Part shown: positions 1 to 13,418 of the stretch, in pieces
Layout of the letters: every line of letters begins with the position of its first letter
Numbering within the stretch: position 1 is the first letter of the stretch
DNA from: Octopus vulgaris
Lineage: Eukaryota
Direction: 5' to 3'
Length of the DNA: 64,000 nt
Assembly (NCBI GenBank): GCA_951406725.2
Contig: OX597838.1
Coordinates: forward strand, 31,558,001-31,622,000
Made by a program: the position numbers and the translations under genes
Notes under the pieces: model-generated
What the model saw: only the letters and a program-made list of their open reading frames with translations
What the model was told of the DNA's origin: nothing
The model's database searches: none

Positions 1-640
1 TCAAGCATGACATAATGCCAAAGCTCTGTCATTACCACCATGGGGCCCAACATTTGAAAGGAGCTCAGCTACTTTGTCTCCATTAGGCCCAACACTTGAA
101 AAGTGCTTTTTACATGCCACCGGCACAGGTACCAGTTACGTGACACCAGCATTAGCCATGACTATAATTTCACTTGGCTTGTCAGGTCTTCTCAAGTACA
201 GCATATTGCCAAGAGTCTTGGTCACTAGTCATTGCCTCTGTGAGGCCCAAAGTTTGAAGATCATGCTTCACCACCTTGTCCTATGTCTTCCTGGGTCTAC
301 CTCTACCACAGGTTCCCTCCACAGTTAGAGATTTGTACTTCTTTACACAGCTGTCCTTGTCCATACACATCACATGATCATATCAGTGCATTTGTCTCTC
401 TTGCACACCACATCTGATGCCTCTTATGCCTAACTTTTCTCTCAAAATGCTTACACTCTGTCGAACATGCACACTGACATTGCACATCCAGCAAAGCATA
501 CTGGCTTCATTTCTTTCAAGTCGATGCATGTCCTCAGCTGTCACAGCCCATGTTTTATTGCTATGTGGCATAGCTGCTTGCACATGGGCATCATGCAATG
601 TGCCTTTCCCTCTGAGGGAAAGGCCCTTTGTTGCCAGCAG
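1..640 (-). mobile_element. RTE-clade LINE 3' fragment: decayed ORF C-terminus plus 3' UTR, running off the window start
   Basis: ORF 383-598 (TWAVTAEDMHRLERNEASMLCWMCNVS...LREKLGI) continues with stops into GTCGRGRPRKT, a typical RTE C-terminus. The UTR carries the family A motif cctgtgccggtggcatgtaaaaagcac. Confidence 0.8.
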
Positions 641-881
641 AACATTTTACATTGTTAAAAAAAAAAAGAAAAAGATGTCTTGTCATATTTGTTCTGGTTC
701 TCTGTGTTTTGAGTTCATATCCTGCTGTGGTCAGCTTCAAACTTATTCTTCTGGGGTCAGTGAAATAAAGTACCGGTCAAATACTGAGTTGATGTTATTG
801 ACTAACCCCTGCCACTCCCCATTGCCATACAATTTTTTAGGCCTTTAGCCTATATTAGAAATCCTTCTTATTATCATAAAA

Positions 882-1075
882 GTGGTGAGCTGGAAGAATC
901 ATTGGAGCATTGGACAAAATTCTTAGTGGCATTTCTTCCATCTCTTTACATTCTGAGTTCAAATACCAGAACATAAAGATCAACTTTGTCTTTCATCCTT
1001 TCAGGGTTGATAAAATAAAGCACCAGTCAAGTACTTCTTCCCCTGAAATTGCTGGCCTTGTGCCAAAATTAGACA
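882..1075 (+). mobile_element. Degenerate SINE family C copy
   Basis: ggtgagctggaagaatc...ctgagttcaaat...ctttcatcctttcagggttgataaaataaag matches the cleaner copy at 24799-25015. Confidence 0.7.
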
Positions 1076-1154
1076 GAATTATTATTATTATTATTATCAT
1101 TGAGACAAAGGATTTTTAAGGCAGTGAGTTGGCAGAAATGTTATGTTGGGAATG

Positions 1155-1381
1155 TTAGTTGGGCAATAATAATGATTTCAAATTTTGACACATGGCCAGC
1201 AGTTTTGAGGAGGGGTGAGTTGATTACACTCGCTTCCCTCCTCAGAGCTCAACTGGTACTTATTTTATCAACCCCAAGTGGAAAGTTAACCCTGGCATAA
1301 TTTGAGCTCAGAATGTAAAGACAGATGAAACGCTATAAAGCATCTTGCCTGGCATGCTAACGGTTCTGCCAACTTATCACC
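1155..1381 (-). mobile_element. Degenerate SINE family C copy, inverted relative to 882-1075
   Basis: The reverse complement carries the family C head and body (caactggtacttattttatcaacccc...ctcagaatgtaaag...ttctgcc on the + strand). Confidence 0.65.
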
Positions 1382-4300
1382 TTAGTTGCACGATAATAAT
1401 GCAAGGCATTTCTGTTGGAATGTACCATTTCTCATGCCTTGCTAATATAAACACACACAGACATATGTGATGGTTTTCTATAGTTTCACTCTGCCTATTT
1501 TCACTCACAGTGTGTTGATCAAACTCAAAGCTATAAGAAACTTGCTGAAAGTGCTGTGCAATGAGATTGAACACGGAGCCATATAGTTTCTATTTTGAAG
1601 TAGGTTTAACCAATAAAGGAGCTTTTGTGTGGTTGTTTGACATCACAGAATCTCTTCAATACATAGCACCTTAAACAAGGAAAGATACATTAGCTAATGT
1701 ATCTCTAAAAAGATGGGTTAGTAACCATATTTGCTGGTGTATAAGATGCACTCGCACATAAGACAAACCCCTACTTTTTATGGAAAAGAAGTATATTTTG
1801 TGGAAAAAAACAAATTTGTTTTAACATGCACTTGGCATCCCATCCATAATATTGTCACATTTGATGAATGGCGACTTTCTGTTATATTTAAGAAAGCTGC
1901 ATGTTTTATACAGTACAGTTCTAGTTTGAATAATTGGTTTGATTGTCAGGATTAAACAGTAACAATTAGAGGTAGTTAAATTTGGTCCTTAACAGTTGTG
2001 CCTTTGTCAATAGACACAAAGTAGTGCTAGTAACTGAATTTGAACCATGAGCCTGTTCACTGGCTGTCTGTCAACTCACCTCTTCACACTTTCTTTGAAT
2101 TACATAATGCATTTTTATTTTGTTCTATATTAAACTGGTTTTAGCTGACATAAACCATCATTAGTCTCCTTGAATTCTAGTGTTTAATTTTGTCCTTTCA
2201 GAAGTTCCACCAATATTATAGACAGGATATAGCAACAATTTTATACACAAGAGATATCAATGTTTATTAGACTAGATGAAACAAAATATGTTTGAAAAGT
2301 CTTTTGATGTAAAATAGCGTATTGAAACAAGCATTATTGTATTTTGCTTGAATCATCTTTGCTAATTATTAAATAAACACAACATATAAACACACATATG
2401 TGGGACAGAGTGGCTGTGAGGTGAAGGTGATACACTATTTAACCACTATTATTAATTCAAATCCTAGTACGATATCTGTCATTATTTTATGCCATTGAGC
2501 TAGATACACTAACTCTTAGATATATTTTTTCCTTTTTTTAAGGCTAATTCAAAAGAGAAAGTGCAATGTTCATGATTTTGTAGGACTTCTAAGGTTGATG
2601 GAGAGTTAAAATTAAAAAAAAACAGGCCCTACTCCAATTCAACAGTTGAATGTTTAGCAACTGGAAGAGTACCAAGCAGCTGTGAATCAAAACAAAATAG
2701 TAACTCCAACATAACATAATTCCATCCATTCCACCATGGAAGAAAAGTAGATTAAAACATTAATTAGAAATATCTAAAATATCTTTATAATTTATATTTT
2801 ATAAAACAAAAAATTGATGGATTATGATCTTGTGAGTTCATATTTATAATAAAGTATATTTTAAAATCTGAGCAGGACACTTAATTCCAAATTCTTCTGC
2901 TCACCAGTCCGGCAAAATAGACACTAATTCTGAAGAAAAGCTAGCTTTCCTTGTGATATTTAACAATTTTTTCATGAAATCATTAATTCTTTTTACAACA
3001 ATTTTCATTTTTCAAACATTACCAAATATAGCTAATTAGTAATTTCTATCGAGCTAATTACTAATTTCCATTGAGCTTATCTTCCTATTCTTTTAATTTG
3101 ATTGAACTCAAATTAAGGAATTTCTTTAACTCAATTTGTTTTCTTGTCAGGATTTAATAATACAATGTTTTATCTGTATTTAATGACTGATGTATTTTAT
3201 TGTCACTTTAATGTTAAAAACATAGCAAACTTTTTTCGTCAAGCAATAGACTGCTCTACCTCTGTCATCATATTTTCTTCTATTATTAGCATCAAGGAGG
3301 GCAGCAAGATTACATAAAATGCTTAGTGGTATTTCTCAACTCTTTACGTTCTTAGTTTAGATGCTGCCTAGGTTGATCTGGCCTTTCATCAGTAAAACAA
3401 GTGCTAAATGTTGAAGTTGATGAAATTGACTCCTCCTCCCCTCAAAATTGTTGGGCTTATCTCAAAAATTAGAATCATTAGCACCAATGTAAGGTACTGG
3501 AGTGGCTGAATTATTAGGGTGGCTGACAAAAGTGTCTTGTTTCAGCTCTTTACATTCCAAGTTCAATTCTTGCCAAGTTTTGGGTTTAATGGCATCACCT
3601 AACACCTTCACCTCCTCCCAAAATGTCAGGCCTTGTGCCTTTATAAGAAACATTTATTAGCACCAAAGTAGGGTAATAGAAGATAGGATTAGTATTATGC
3701 TGGGCAAATGCTTTGTGCTCTTACATCACTTAACATTTTGTGTTCAATTCCTATTGGATTTGACTTTTTGCCTTTCATCTTTCAACTCTCTACTGACACT
3801 AAAATGGTGAGGTGATAGAAAAGGTGGAACACCAGGCAAGATGTCCTGCTCTATTTTGCTGCATCCTGTGTGTGAAAACCTGGTATTCACTTTGTTTATC
3901 ATTGCTCTGGGCTACATTAGATTTACACTAGTGAAGTCCTGGAGTTTGCTTTGATTATATTCCTCTCTCAAAATTCATTTCCTTGCGCTAAATTCTCAAC
4001 ACTGTTGATGCTAGGGCCTTCACTAGTAGGCCTTTCTTAACTGTTGTTTCTAAAGTATACCCCTCCCTACTATCTCCCTTACCTGTATATGAAGAGATTA
4101 AAGATAAGAGCCATCTCATCCAAGCCTAATTTACCTGTAGATTGTATTATTATGAAGTCAGGAAGTCTTCATAGTGTCATTGTGTGCAGTTACTAATATT
4201 GTCTGATATTGCAGTCTACATTATTGTCACACTGATGAATTATCATTCAGGTTTCCTTGGTTCTAATTTAACTTTTGTTTTGCTCTGTGGATTAAGCTGA

Positions 4301-4699
4301 TCACAAATAGATTATTTATAAGATTTGTTTATAATGAACTATTCTTGAGAGAAGACATTTGATGTTTCCATGGTTGCTTGTAGAAGACACAGTAAAAAGT
4401 TACTTTCTCTATTATGTATTTTGTCTTAGAAAAACAACAGTAATAAGTGGAATCTTTTGCAAAGGCATCAAATAATTGTTTTCAAAAGAGGAAGGTATAC
4501 AAAGGATAAAATTTACACTATTCTGGTAATTATTTTATGGAATGGTGGAAAGTGTAGTAACTATAATTATTCTAATGTACTACAAAAAACTATATTGTAC
4601 AGCAAACTACAATGTGCAATACAGGCTATAATTATTTGCATGCACAACACAAACTTTAATGCACAGCATGCAGTGTAATTATTTGTATGTGCAACTGCA

Positions 4700-5150
4700 A
4701 CTATATTTTGCAGTACTGGCTCGAATGACAGGTTTGATGCAAATGAGTTGAGGAGAAAGCCTGTGTCTTCTGGAGAGATAGTAGTGTATCCTGGAGGAAT
4801 GGTTGAGATGCCAGGAGAGGTAACAGTATCCCAGCATGATGACTTATATAATCTGGAGAAATGAGGACGGCTGACTCCTGTAAAAGTGGGTGAGCAGGGT
4901 GCTGTGTATGCGGTAGGGCAGCCATGTAGCCAGAGGAAATAGCAGTGCAACCAAGAGGGATAAACTGGGTAGCCAAGAAAGGTACTACAAAATTAGGAGG
5001 CAGGCCATGTAGCAAGGTAATAAGATTTGTGCAGTTTGGGGGAAATGGCCTTATTGTCAAGAGGGATGATTGCATAGCCGAAGAGATCACCATTAAACCA
5101 GAAAAGATGACTATGTAGTGAGGAGATGATTGTATTACAGTTAAGCGATG
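4700..5150 (-). mobile_element. Possible decayed CR1/Jockey-like LINE internal fragment
   Basis: GC-richer than the flanks. The minus-strand peptide STIPPGYTTISPEDTGFLLNSFASNLS loosely resembles the endonuclease-RT linker of CR1/Jockey ORF2. Weak similarity only. Confidence 0.3.
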
Positions 5151-6192
5151 CAATATGAGAATCTCACTGTGGTTACTGACTTGCCAGAAATAGCTATCAA
5201 ATCTCCCTCAAATCACTGTCTAGTGTCTTAGAAAGGGATTGGTCTGCTTGACTTGGGGCTAAATAGCCACATGTCCAGTGAGTTGTGTTTTATAAGAGAC
5301 TCAGCACTATATCAGTAAGTAATATGATATGAATTGGCTATCTTTTGACCAGTAGACTAACACTCTTTATCAAACAATTAGGAAGGAAATTTTTCAAAAT
5401 TTCTTCTATCACCTCTTAGAATTGGTGGTGTTAACTTAATATTAATAGCTAAGCACACATTTCTTTGTAATGAGGCTACCTTAAATTTGCTGCTAAATTT
5501 TATGATGTAATCATATTTGTGATATTCACAATTATTGATTTTCTTTTTTTTTTTTCTCTCAATAATATAAATTAGGATTATACACAGTAAATTCATCAAT
5601 TAACTTTTTATTGGTAATGATTGGCTGTTTATTGGCCTACTAGAGACAGACAGAGCTAATCTATTTGTTATTTGAAATACAATGTCTAATCTATGAATTA
5701 CTAATTCTGTAAAATGTAAACTAATCTACTAGTGACCAACTAAAACCATTATGAAGTTATTTGGTAGTCAAAACAACTTATTTATTTTTATATTCCTCTG
5801 TTTTTTTTGTTCATATGTTAAATTTTTCTCTTCATTGATTACCATTATTGAAAGGTGGTGGTTTTATCCCAGGTTAGTTCTGTGCCAGCAGATCTTTGAT
5901 CAAAGGATGTTCCATTTGTGACCATCTATACTGGGGGCTTCATTATCCAATGTCTTTTTTTAATTGAAAACAATAGGATGTGATCTAAGAATGATTTGGT
6001 TGCTATTTTTAGTATGTCAAGTGACCACTTTGTGTCAAAGCTCCATCATTGAAGGTTTTGCAGTGTATTACAGCTTAACAAGTTTTTCAAAATATCAAGT
6101 AGATCCCGAGCAAATCATTAAATTGCATCTGATGCTGAGGGTCCAGTTTGGAAGTTCAGGAGTTTTGGAGAAGTATGGAATTACTTTTTAGT

Positions 6193-6309
6193 CATCCCCC
6201 ACTAATTTGTTCATTCTGGCTCAAGGTGGTGGAACATATAAAGGGTTCCACATCCCCCACTAATTTGTTCATTCTGGCTCAAGGTGGTGGAACATCTAAA
6301 AGGGTTCCA
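6193..6309. repeat. Two-copy tandem duplication, ~58-bp unit
   Basis: catcccccactaatttgttcattctggctcaaggtggtggaacat(a/c)taaa(a)gggttcca occurs twice head to tail (6193-6250, 6251-6309). Confidence 0.95.
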
Positions 6310-7330
6310 GTTATGGATTAAATAACAGAAAATGGTCCTGTGGCCAAGGCAAACAAGATTCTGGGGAGGGCTAACCTGCTAGACACGTGTCACTCATGCC
6401 CACCATTCAGGACATTCTTTGATGTCACATAAATTAGGTCCTGTGCTTCAAGAGTAGGCTCAAGAGAACAAAAGACTAGCAGAGTAAACTGTAAATAAAA
6501 TGGCAAACAGCAATGGGAAACTACTGCTGTATTTTTCTCAAGGAAAATGTGAATTCTTTGGATTTTGACATGGAGGTTGCTGATATTTGTAGGCATGACA
6601 CCTGAAAAAGAAGTAAATCAATGATACTTCTTTAGTTCGATAGGAAACTAGTCTATTACAGATTGTTAACTATTTAGCTCTTGAACAGCTCTGAGCTAGC
6701 ACACTTATGATATCAAAGAAGTTCCAGCCATGACCATCTCATCTTTTACTCAATATGTGTCTACAACTAAATTATTTGGTATGTCTTTCCTTTTAAGGTG
6801 GTAGGATTCAGTTTTTGAGGGAAATTTTGCTGTTTCTACATTTGCGGTTTGCTCTTTGGTTACTTACAGTTTGTTAATGGTATTTTTGAAAAGCCCAGGT
6901 CATATCTGGTTGAATAGACCTAGGGTCAAAGCATTTCAGCCGTGACCATCTCATTTGTCTTTACAGACACAGTGCATCTAGGACTACATTAATGTATCTC
7001 ATTTTTAAAATACTAAGGTGATATTAGGAAGATTCAGCTGCTATTTCTAGCATATGGAGGTTGCTTATTTAGCCTACAAGAATTTGGGAGTTCAGTACTG
7101 CAAGCTTAATTTCATGCTACATGAAGACATGTAGTCCAGTGGTTGAGGTATGGGCTCACAGTCGTGAAGTTGCAAGTTCAGTTTTCCACCACATTGGAGC
7201 ACTATATTGCTCTAGCCTACTCAGCTGAAATGAGTACCAGCAGTAGCTGGGTGTTAATCTAGTAGTGGACTGGCATCCCGTCCAGGAAAGTCATCTTGTA
7301 CTCTTGCTTATGCACCTTTCAAACTAGAAT

Positions 7331-7670
7331 GCTGAGACCCCCTTCGGTCATGACTGACCATGGGATTGCACCTAGAAAGTTACCCTCCTAGGCACAAGTC
7401 TGGGCAAGGTTGTTTATGGAAGAGCAGCAGTCGCCCATGCATGCCGGCCTCCCCTCTCCACACCACCAGTGTTATCCAAGGGAAAGGCAAAGGGGCCGAT
7501 ACAGCTTGACACCTGTGACGTCGCAACTCATTTCTACAGGTGAGTGAACTGGAACAACATGAAATAGTGTCTTGCTCAAGAACACAACACGCAGCCCGGT
7601 CTGGGATTCGAACTCATAACCTCATGATCATAAGCTCGACACTCTAATTACTGAGCCATGCGCCTTCACT
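7331..7670 (-). mobile_element. tRNA-derived SINE family E with CORE-like central domain
   Basis: The minus strand starts gtgaaggcgcatggctcagtaattagag (A box) and gagttcgaatccc (B box), then tgtgttcttgagcaagacact...cagttcactcacctgtagaaatgagt (CORE-like). A 9-bp TSD aactagaat lies at 7322-7330 and 7671-7679. Nested in an older related SINE starting ~7123. Confidence 0.85.
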
Positions 7671-7705
7671 AACTAGAATAAACTCCAACATAATGAGCCT
7701 TTTAA

Positions 7706-7921
7706 CCCTTTTGTTACTGTATTTATTTTGAGATGCTCTGTGTTTCTTTCAATTACTTTAAATATAACAAAGAATTTAGTAAAATAACTTAGTTATCATT
7801 AAGTGTTAGGAACATAAATTGTGACTAAGGTTTGATGGAAGATTTTAATTCAAAGCTTATGAAAACAAGATATTTTTACTCAGAGAAAGAGCCGGTTTCA
7901 GCCGGGTTGGTAACGAAAGGG
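7706..7921. mobile_element. piggyBac-like MITE
   Basis: TTAA at 7702-7705 and 7922-7925; TIRs cccttttgttac / gtaacgaaaggg with CCC...GGG ends. Confidence 0.8.
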
Positions 7922-7927
7922 TTAACC

Positions 7928-8145
7928 CAGTGCTTTTCAAACGTTTTGCTGGAGTGGAACCCCAAGGAAACATTCCACTGGCTCGAGGAACCCCTGTGCA
8001 ATAATTTAATAGTCTTATGCACACATATCTGCACAGGAGAATTAAAAATTACTGCTGATTTTAGCAGTTTTGTAACTTCTTGTGGAACCCCTGGACTGTA
8101 CTGGCGGAACCCTAAGGTTCTGCGGAACACTGGTTGAAAACCTAT
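7928..8145. mobile_element. hAT (Charlie-like) MITE remnant
   Basis: Ends cagtgcttttcaaac and ggttgaaaacc; internal repeated ggaaccc motifs. Confidence 0.6.
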
Positions 8146-8706
8146 TATTTACATTGGTATTTTATATATCTCCCTCTGGTGGTATTTGTAACGAGGTGAA
8201 ATGGGTAAATCTTCCTGTCAGGGGGCAGTGCTGTTGACAAGCTATGCATTTTCAATCCTTTACAAATTGTTTAACTGTGACTGTCTACAGTGAAGTTTGA
8301 TAATGTTCAGAAAACACATGTAATCATAGATATAATATTTGTCTTTTCATTTCAATGAATTAATTTTATTATTTCCAAATTATTCTATAAGATGTAATCA
8401 AATGATAGTAATTATATTTCATTTTCTGTTTTTACTCATTAATTGTAGACTTCACAAAATTTCTAAGAGTTGGATTTCTTTTTACAAAACACACATACTA
8501 AATAAATTAGGTATTATTTTGGTATTACATCGATGACAATATGATTTTATATTTTGTTCTGCAGTTCTGAATTTGTCAGCTGGATTAGATTAAGCTGATT
8601 TAAATTGATTTAATAGTTTTTATTGTTTGTTTGTGAAATGCTTTAAAATTTAGCATGACAAATATGATTAAATATCTTAGAAATACATTGACTGAATGAT
8701 AGCTTT

Positions 8707-9505
8707 GTATGTACAGATATGTGTGAGTGTATATGTGTATGTATATATATGTATATGTGTGTGTATATATATGTGTATGTATATATATGTATATATGTGT
8801 GTATGTATATATATGTGTATATATGTGTGTATATATATATGTGTATGTATATGTGTATATATATACGTATATATGCATGTATATATACGTATGTGTGTAT
8901 ATATACGTATATATGCGTGTATATATACTTATATATGCGTGTATATATACGTATATATATGCGTGTATATATATATGTATATATGCGTGTATATATACTT
9001 ATATATGCGTGTATATATACGTATATATATGCGTGTATATATATATATATACTTATATATGCGTGTATATATACGTATATATGCGTGTATATATATATGT
9101 ATATATGCGTGTATATATACGTATATATGCGTGTATATATACGTATATATGCATGTATATATACGTATATATGTATGTGTATATGTATGTATATATATAT
9201 ATGTATGTGTATATGTATGTATATATATATATGTATGTGTATATGTATGTATATATATATGTGTATATACGTATATGTATGTGTGTATATATATATATAT
9301 ATGTATGTGTATATGTACGTTTATATATATGTGTATATGTACGTTTATATATATGTGTATATGTACGTTTATATATATGTGTATATGTACGTTTATATAT
9401 TTGTGTATATACGTTTATATATATATGTATATACGTTTATATATATATGTATATATATGTATGTATGTTTATATATATATGCATGTGTTTATATATGTAT
9501 ATGTA
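8707..9505. repeat. ~800-bp compound TA/TG/CG microsatellite with higher-order ~18-22-bp units
   Basis: Almost purely alternating purine/pyrimidine; recurring tatatacgtatatatgcgtg and gtgtatatgtacgtttatatat blocks. Confidence 0.97.
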
Positions 9506-9798
9506 GGTTTAATTGTATGAATGAATGTGTGTATTTGTGCAAATAAAAGTGCTCTGTATTTATTCCCTTTTGCTTTCAAGATTTAAACTGAACTGACTTT
9601 TAATTGAATAGATTTTGATTTATTGTTGGCTGTTGCTGAGTAGTTCCATCAGGTTCTGGCTGATCTGGTATATAACATTTGATCAAGTTTTCAGGTTATA
9701 GCTATTGTTTCTTTATCAGACACATGTTTCCCCCTAAGATTTAGAATTTTAAAAACTCCCCTCTCTCTCATTTCATGAAATGTTTGAGGTAGATTTGA

Positions 9799-10127
9799 AT
9801 CATCATCATCATCATCATCATTTAGCGTCCACTTTCCATGCTAGCATGGGTTGGACGGTTCAGCTGGGGTCTGTGAAGCCAAAAGGCTGCATCAGGCCCA
9901 GTCTGATCTGGCAGTGTTTCTACGGCTGGATGCCCTTCCTAACGACAACCACTCCGTGAGTGTAGTGGGTGCTTTTTACGTGCCACCCGCACAGGTGCCA
10001 GACAGAGCTGGCAAACGGCCACGAACGGATGGTGCTTTTATGTGTCACCGGCACGGGGGCCAGGCGAGGCTGGCAACGGAAACGAACGGATGGTGCTTTT
10101 ACGTGCCACCAACACGGGGGCCAGACA
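9799..10127 (-). mobile_element. Family A retroposon (RTE-type 3' end, (GAT)n tail)
   Basis: (atc)n-tttagcgtccactttccatgctagcatgggttggacgg...ggatgcccttcctaac... with three ggtgcttttacgtgccacc-type subrepeats; near-identical to 41416-41766. Confidence 0.9.
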
Positions 10128-12385
10128 ATATATAAATAAGATATCTTTTTGTAAAATGTTACATCATCATCATCATAATCATCATCACTAAATGTCCCTT
10201 TTTCCCTACTGGTATGTGTTGGACAGTTTGACCAAAGCTGGTGAGCCAGAGGACTCCACCAGGTTCCATCATCTGCTTTGGCATGGTTTCTACAGCTGGA
10301 TACCCTTCCTAATGCTAACCACTTAACAATGTGTACTGTTAGAGCAAGGCTTCCTTCTTGATAATCTTCATAATGCTCCTCACTGTGGAGTGGAACAAGA
10401 TATCAAATACCATGTTGTATCCTGGCAGGTTACAATATGATGGTATCGTGTGGTTTAAGATGTTTGCTTCATATTCTCAGGATTCTGGGTTCAGTCCACT
10501 GCAGAGCACCTTGGCCAAGAATCTTCTACCAGAGTCTTGGTACAACACAGCTGTGGTGTCACTGAAATTTGGTAAATGGAAATTGTGGTGAAGCCTGTTG
10601 GAAGTTCGTGTCTGTATCTATTAATGAGGCATAGAAGACTCAGTGTGTCAAACAAAAATACCTTGTAATAATTACTTCTGTCTTTAACACTCTAGTCGCT
10701 TTTGCTTTTCACTCTTATGAGATCACCAGAATAAATAGCAGGAAAATCAGCTAAAGTTCTTGAAGGTTGTACTCCAGCATGGCCACAATACAATGACTAA
10801 AAGGAGTAAAAGAACATAAGTAGTATAGATAATCTAGCCAATATTTTGCAATACCATTAACACAGTGAAGTCTTTTATATTGTTCTGAATCCTTACTGAT
10901 TGTTATCAAAGAATCTCAAACTTGAACGATCTCTTATCTTCACATTTGCTGAGGGAAAAAATCTCTTCTTGTTGCTAACATCTCCAATGACTACGCATTT
11001 CCATCAGAATAATCATTGTAAGGTTGCACACTTGTCACTTAAACTGTACATAGTCAGAGACAAATTACGTTAATGTAGACACCTACACACTGCCTCTTAA
11101 TCTCTATTCTTCATATAATCCTTGTTTTCATAGGAACATAGGCAATTAAGACTGGATATGATAATTTCTTTTTTTACTTTTCTTCAAGCAGTTGTAATAA
11201 TGATACTTCCTAAAGACTCCTCCATTTACATAGAAAACTACACTTGACACTGTCACATATAATACACAATATTTTAACATGTATATAAGACATAGTAGTG
11301 TTTATACTCAATTGTTGGTATTGTTCTTCTGCTCTGGGTCAGTATTCCAATGTTCAAGAATATTCCAGCCATGACCATCCCGTCTTTTTAGGGTTATCAA
11401 AGATGACATTATCTAACATGCATCTGTTCTTGATTAAGACAGTAGGATTTGATTTGAGGGAAATTTGTCTTTTGTTTCTAGCATGCTGAATAAGGATGTA
11501 GAGATTCTTTCATTCATTCATTTATTTCTAGTACTTTCTCAGATGGTGGTGGTGGTGGGGGTCATCCTCTCTGATTAAAATAAATCTTGGGGTAACAAAT
11601 GGTCTCTAGGACAAGGAAAAATAAGTATCAATTAATCTTGTCAACTTAATTATATTTAACAGACTATAAAGGTGCTTATCACCTAGTTTCTGTAATTTTA
11701 AGAGAATGAGAAACAAATATGTTTATGGACAGGGTGCTAGAGTCTGTTGGCAATAGCTTTCCCAAAGTAAGCCTGGTAATTATAATCCAGCTGGGTAAAC
11801 TGAGGTGAGTAGAATTGTTGTTTAGTCTTAAGATAATTCTGATCAAGCAGATCATTTTTTTTTTTTGTATTTCTCAGACTATTTTGTTTAATATATTCCT
11901 TTCTTAAAGTAGTTTGTAATGATTTGAGCAAGATTTGTTTGCTATCTCTGGCCAGTTGAAGTTTCCTCTTTTGATTCCTCAAAGATATAACGAAATGACT
12001 GTGGTAGACATGAACTAATTATTCATGAACTGTTAACCTTATCCAACTTACCACTCAAACTTTTATATTGTACATGACTCAAACATATCTGCCCTGCAGG
12101 ACTTAGATCATCAAATATATTTCCTTACCTAATTAATTTTGATTGACAGCTTGTTGATTTTTAGATTTTTGTCAACTCTCATTAAGTAAGCCTATGATCA
12201 AAGGCCTTTTTTGTATAGCTAGAACTACATTATATATAATGTAGAGAGTGAATTTCCAGCTCTGAAGACAGTAGGGAGTGAATTGAGGTAATTTCACTGC
12301 TATTTCTACCAAGGTGAGCAATCATACAGTGGCTCCTTTGTGGTTGATGTAATTGGTAGCAGTCATGTAGTGAGACTACATTATT

Positions 12386-12591
12386 TGTTTCTTTATTACT
12401 CACAAGGGGCTAAACATAGAGGGGACAAACAAGGACAGACAAACGGATTAAGTCGATTACATCGACTCCAGTGCGTAACTGGTACTTAATTTATCGACCC
12501 CGAAAGGATGAAAGGCAAAGTCGACCTCGGCGGAATTTGAACTCAGAACGTAAAGACAGACGAAATACGGCTACGCATTTCCCCCGGCGTG
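12386..12591 (-). mobile_element. SINE family C, 5'-truncated
   Basis: Body matches 22211-22429; imperfect TSD ctacattatt (12376-12385) / ctatattatt (12592-12601). Confidence 0.9.
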
Positions 12592-13369
12592 CTATATTAT
12601 TGACCTGAAATGGAAAAGGTATGAACTTCACTGCCTCCCATTTTCCCATTATGCAGGAAATTTTTCACCTAGCCTAAGAAAACCACCATGCCTTGTGCTT
12701 GTGTGCATATATGCATTCATACATCACACATGCACACACACACACATTCGCTCTTCAATGTGAAGATGTTTATCTCGTTGAAGTTCATCACCTCATGAGC
12801 AAACAAATAGGATTATTGCACTTTTCATAGGATATGGCTTAGCAATTTGTGTTTTCTGTTTTCCATTCCAAATAATTCATACAAACTCTCCATAAGCCGG
12901 AAATGGCTTTCTGTGCAATAATACAATCAATTGATTGGTTACCCCTTTCGATGGACTCAAGTAAGGAAAGCAAATCAATCAAGTAGTTTCTAATAGAAAC
13001 ACACATATCCCCGTGCTTCAGCCAATCCCCAACCCCCACTCACCCCCACACATCCTCATTAAGGACTCAAGGCCATGGATCAATATGCTTTGTCATGTCT
13101 ATCCATCTTATGGATACATAATTATGAGCTTTTTTTTTTTTTCCTTTCCTTTTTTTTCTTTCTTTTTCTGTAACCCTTAAGCCGCTGAAATATATTGAAG
13201 CAGGTTCATGTTGCAAAGCTGATCAATCAATCAATCAATCAATATATACTTTTGTACTTCCGTCCGTCCATATCTGGAATGTGTGCAAACTGTTGATAGT
13301 AAAGGTTGAAATGTATTCTGTGAGTTTGCATAAGTATGTCAGCTACATCAACTACCAAAATAATGTGGG

Positions 13370-13372
<3 letters not shown>

Positions 13373-13418
<46 letters not shown>

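Noticed and set aside
8600-9546. Long ORFs of 259-275 aa rich in Y/I/C/V/M
   Set aside because: Translations of a TA/TG microsatellite, open in several frames only because the repeat lacks stop codons.
9851-10135. Recurrent MDGS(A/T)GV...VFLRLDALPN ORFs suggesting a small gene family
   Set aside because: They are the antisense frame of family A repeats, start at non-ATG codons and vary with subrepeat number.
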